Assembly: GCA_964036045.1 (NCBI GenBank)
Contig: OZ038378.1
Span: forward strand, 11,284,001 to 11,348,000
Length of the DNA: 64,000 nt
Direction: 5' to 3'
DNA from: Eutreptiella sp. 'Long Island Sound 2002'
Lineage: Eukaryota; Protista; Euglenida
Part shown: piece by piece, positions 62,532 to 64,000 of the stretch
Layout of the letters: every line of letters begins with the position of its first letter
How positions within the stretch are numbered: the stretch's first letter is position 1
Program-made: the position numbers and the translations under genes
The notes under the pieces: generated by a model
Told to the model about the DNA's origin: nothing
What the model saw: only the letters and a program-made list of their open reading frames with translations
Databases searched by the model: none

Positions 62532-64000
62532 CTGGGAAGAGGAGCGGGGGGTCGGGGGTGGTGGTGGCAGTGGGCCTCAGGGGGAGTATCTGCGCCGCGC
62601 GCTACCGTTACGGCGGGCGTACCCGGATTGGGTTGGCGTTTACCCCCTCCGAAAGTGCCCCCTAAGGACAGCCAACCCTTGGGGTACAAGACCTGTGCCC
62701 TATCCGGCGCCTCCCGAGGGGACAGTCCATAAGATGGCCCCTGGGGAGCAACCACCACCCGGGTTTGGGGGTTCTTCCGCTGGATTGTCGATTCTTGTTG
62801 CCCTTGTCCCAATGGCGGAGGGATATGACAGGTCTTCTGGCCCAGCCCCCAGCCAGTCTACAGCTGCTTGGTCGGGCCAGACGGCTAAACCTCCGCGATG
62901 CACGCGCACCGCGTCAGGTGCTCCCCCTCAGGCATGTGCAGCTTGCGCATAGAAAGTCGTTGCTTGTCACCTCCGCCCTCCATTACTCAGAACACCGCCT
63001 CGGGACCTCCCGGGGGTTGTCCTGGGGATACCGCAGGCGCACTCATCGCTGTGCCATTGGGGCCCAAAGGGGGAAAGAAGTGGGGTACGGCCCGATCCTC
63101 TTGATTGAGGTCGTGTGGGGGGGGGGGGGGGGCTGTCAGCGGGGCAGGGGAGCATAGAGGCCGAGTCAGTATGCCGGTTGGGACTTCGGGGTGTACGTAT
63201 GTGTTCGCCTTTTGAGGAGGGCGTCCTCCACGGATGGGTGGGTTGGCTTGTCCACCCATTGGATTAGGGGTGAAGCGGGCGGGTTCAAAATTTGCGTGAG
63301 GTGGGGCACCCACTCATGATGTCCCAGTCTGGGACTGCCCCGCGCGCTGGCATCATGACTTTGGGGGGATGGCGCCTGGCATTTTCCGTCCCTGTGGGCA
63401 CATACCGGGGAGGGGGGGGGGGGGTCCGTGTCTTGAAAGATATGAATGTACAAAGTCTGTGCGATTTCTTAAAAATGAGCGGACACATTTATGTCAGGTG
63501 TATTATGCATTATGTACTATGCATGGTTCCCAAAAAATGCTCATGAGAAACAGTGGACGGTTGCTGTTATTTCCTGGATGGTTACTAATATTTCCTGGTG
63601 AAGTCTGGACGGTTACTGTTATCCCCTTGGGGACTCTCAATGGTTGCTGTTATTTTCTGGTGGACGTGCAAATCCTTAAAAACACCAAATGAATTGCGCA
63701 CAAAAAATTCCTACAGAATTTGAATTTTTTTTGCAGAAATTCTAACCTGAACCATCCCCCCCCCCCCCGGTATCCCGGTTTTCGACTTGGGGGGGGGGGG
63801 GGGGGTTCGATTGAAGGGTTTCCCCCCCCCTTTTTTTTGCATGTGAGTTTTTGTGTTTTGTGGGAATTATGGTGTGGGGGCTCCACCAATTGGATTGGGG
63901 CGGGTTTGATCGATGGGGCCGGGTTCCCTCCCCACACCCGAGGAGGGTGCCGCGGGGTGGGGGGGGGGAACCTGGCCGTTGACCTCCACCTCCACACGGA

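Overview
Intron-rich eukaryotic nuclear DNA, most likely from a photosynthetic euglenid (Eutreptiella-like; inferred from the green-type plastid insert and repeat landscape, not proven). Two minus-strand host genes were rebuilt by hand with phase-consistent GT-AG introns. The first is a 4-exon bile acid:sodium symporter (BASS/SLC10), join(376-523,2620-2914,8109-8520,9885-10139), about 369 aa. The second is a 5'-incomplete, 13-exon gene of at least 1945 aa (28346-62531) encoding a long Ig/invasin-like repeat ectodomain fused to a STRA6-like multipass membrane domain. The most striking feature lies in one intron of the large gene: a young, apparently full-length 5.8-kb Penelope-like retroelement with permuted domains (N-terminal GIY-YIG, CxC linker, RT; Chlamys-like). 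It has identical 318-bp terminal direct repeats, an about 18-bp target duplication in a (CA)-rich tract, a separate gag-like ORF1 with five zinc knuckles, and an unusual FRDN catalytic motif. Other introns hold a scrambled 2.1-kb plastid-DNA mosaic (NUPT), a non-autonomous hAT element with an 8-bp TSD, a degenerate LINE with RNase H, MITEs, satellites and microsatellites. Everything was read by eye; no database searches were run.
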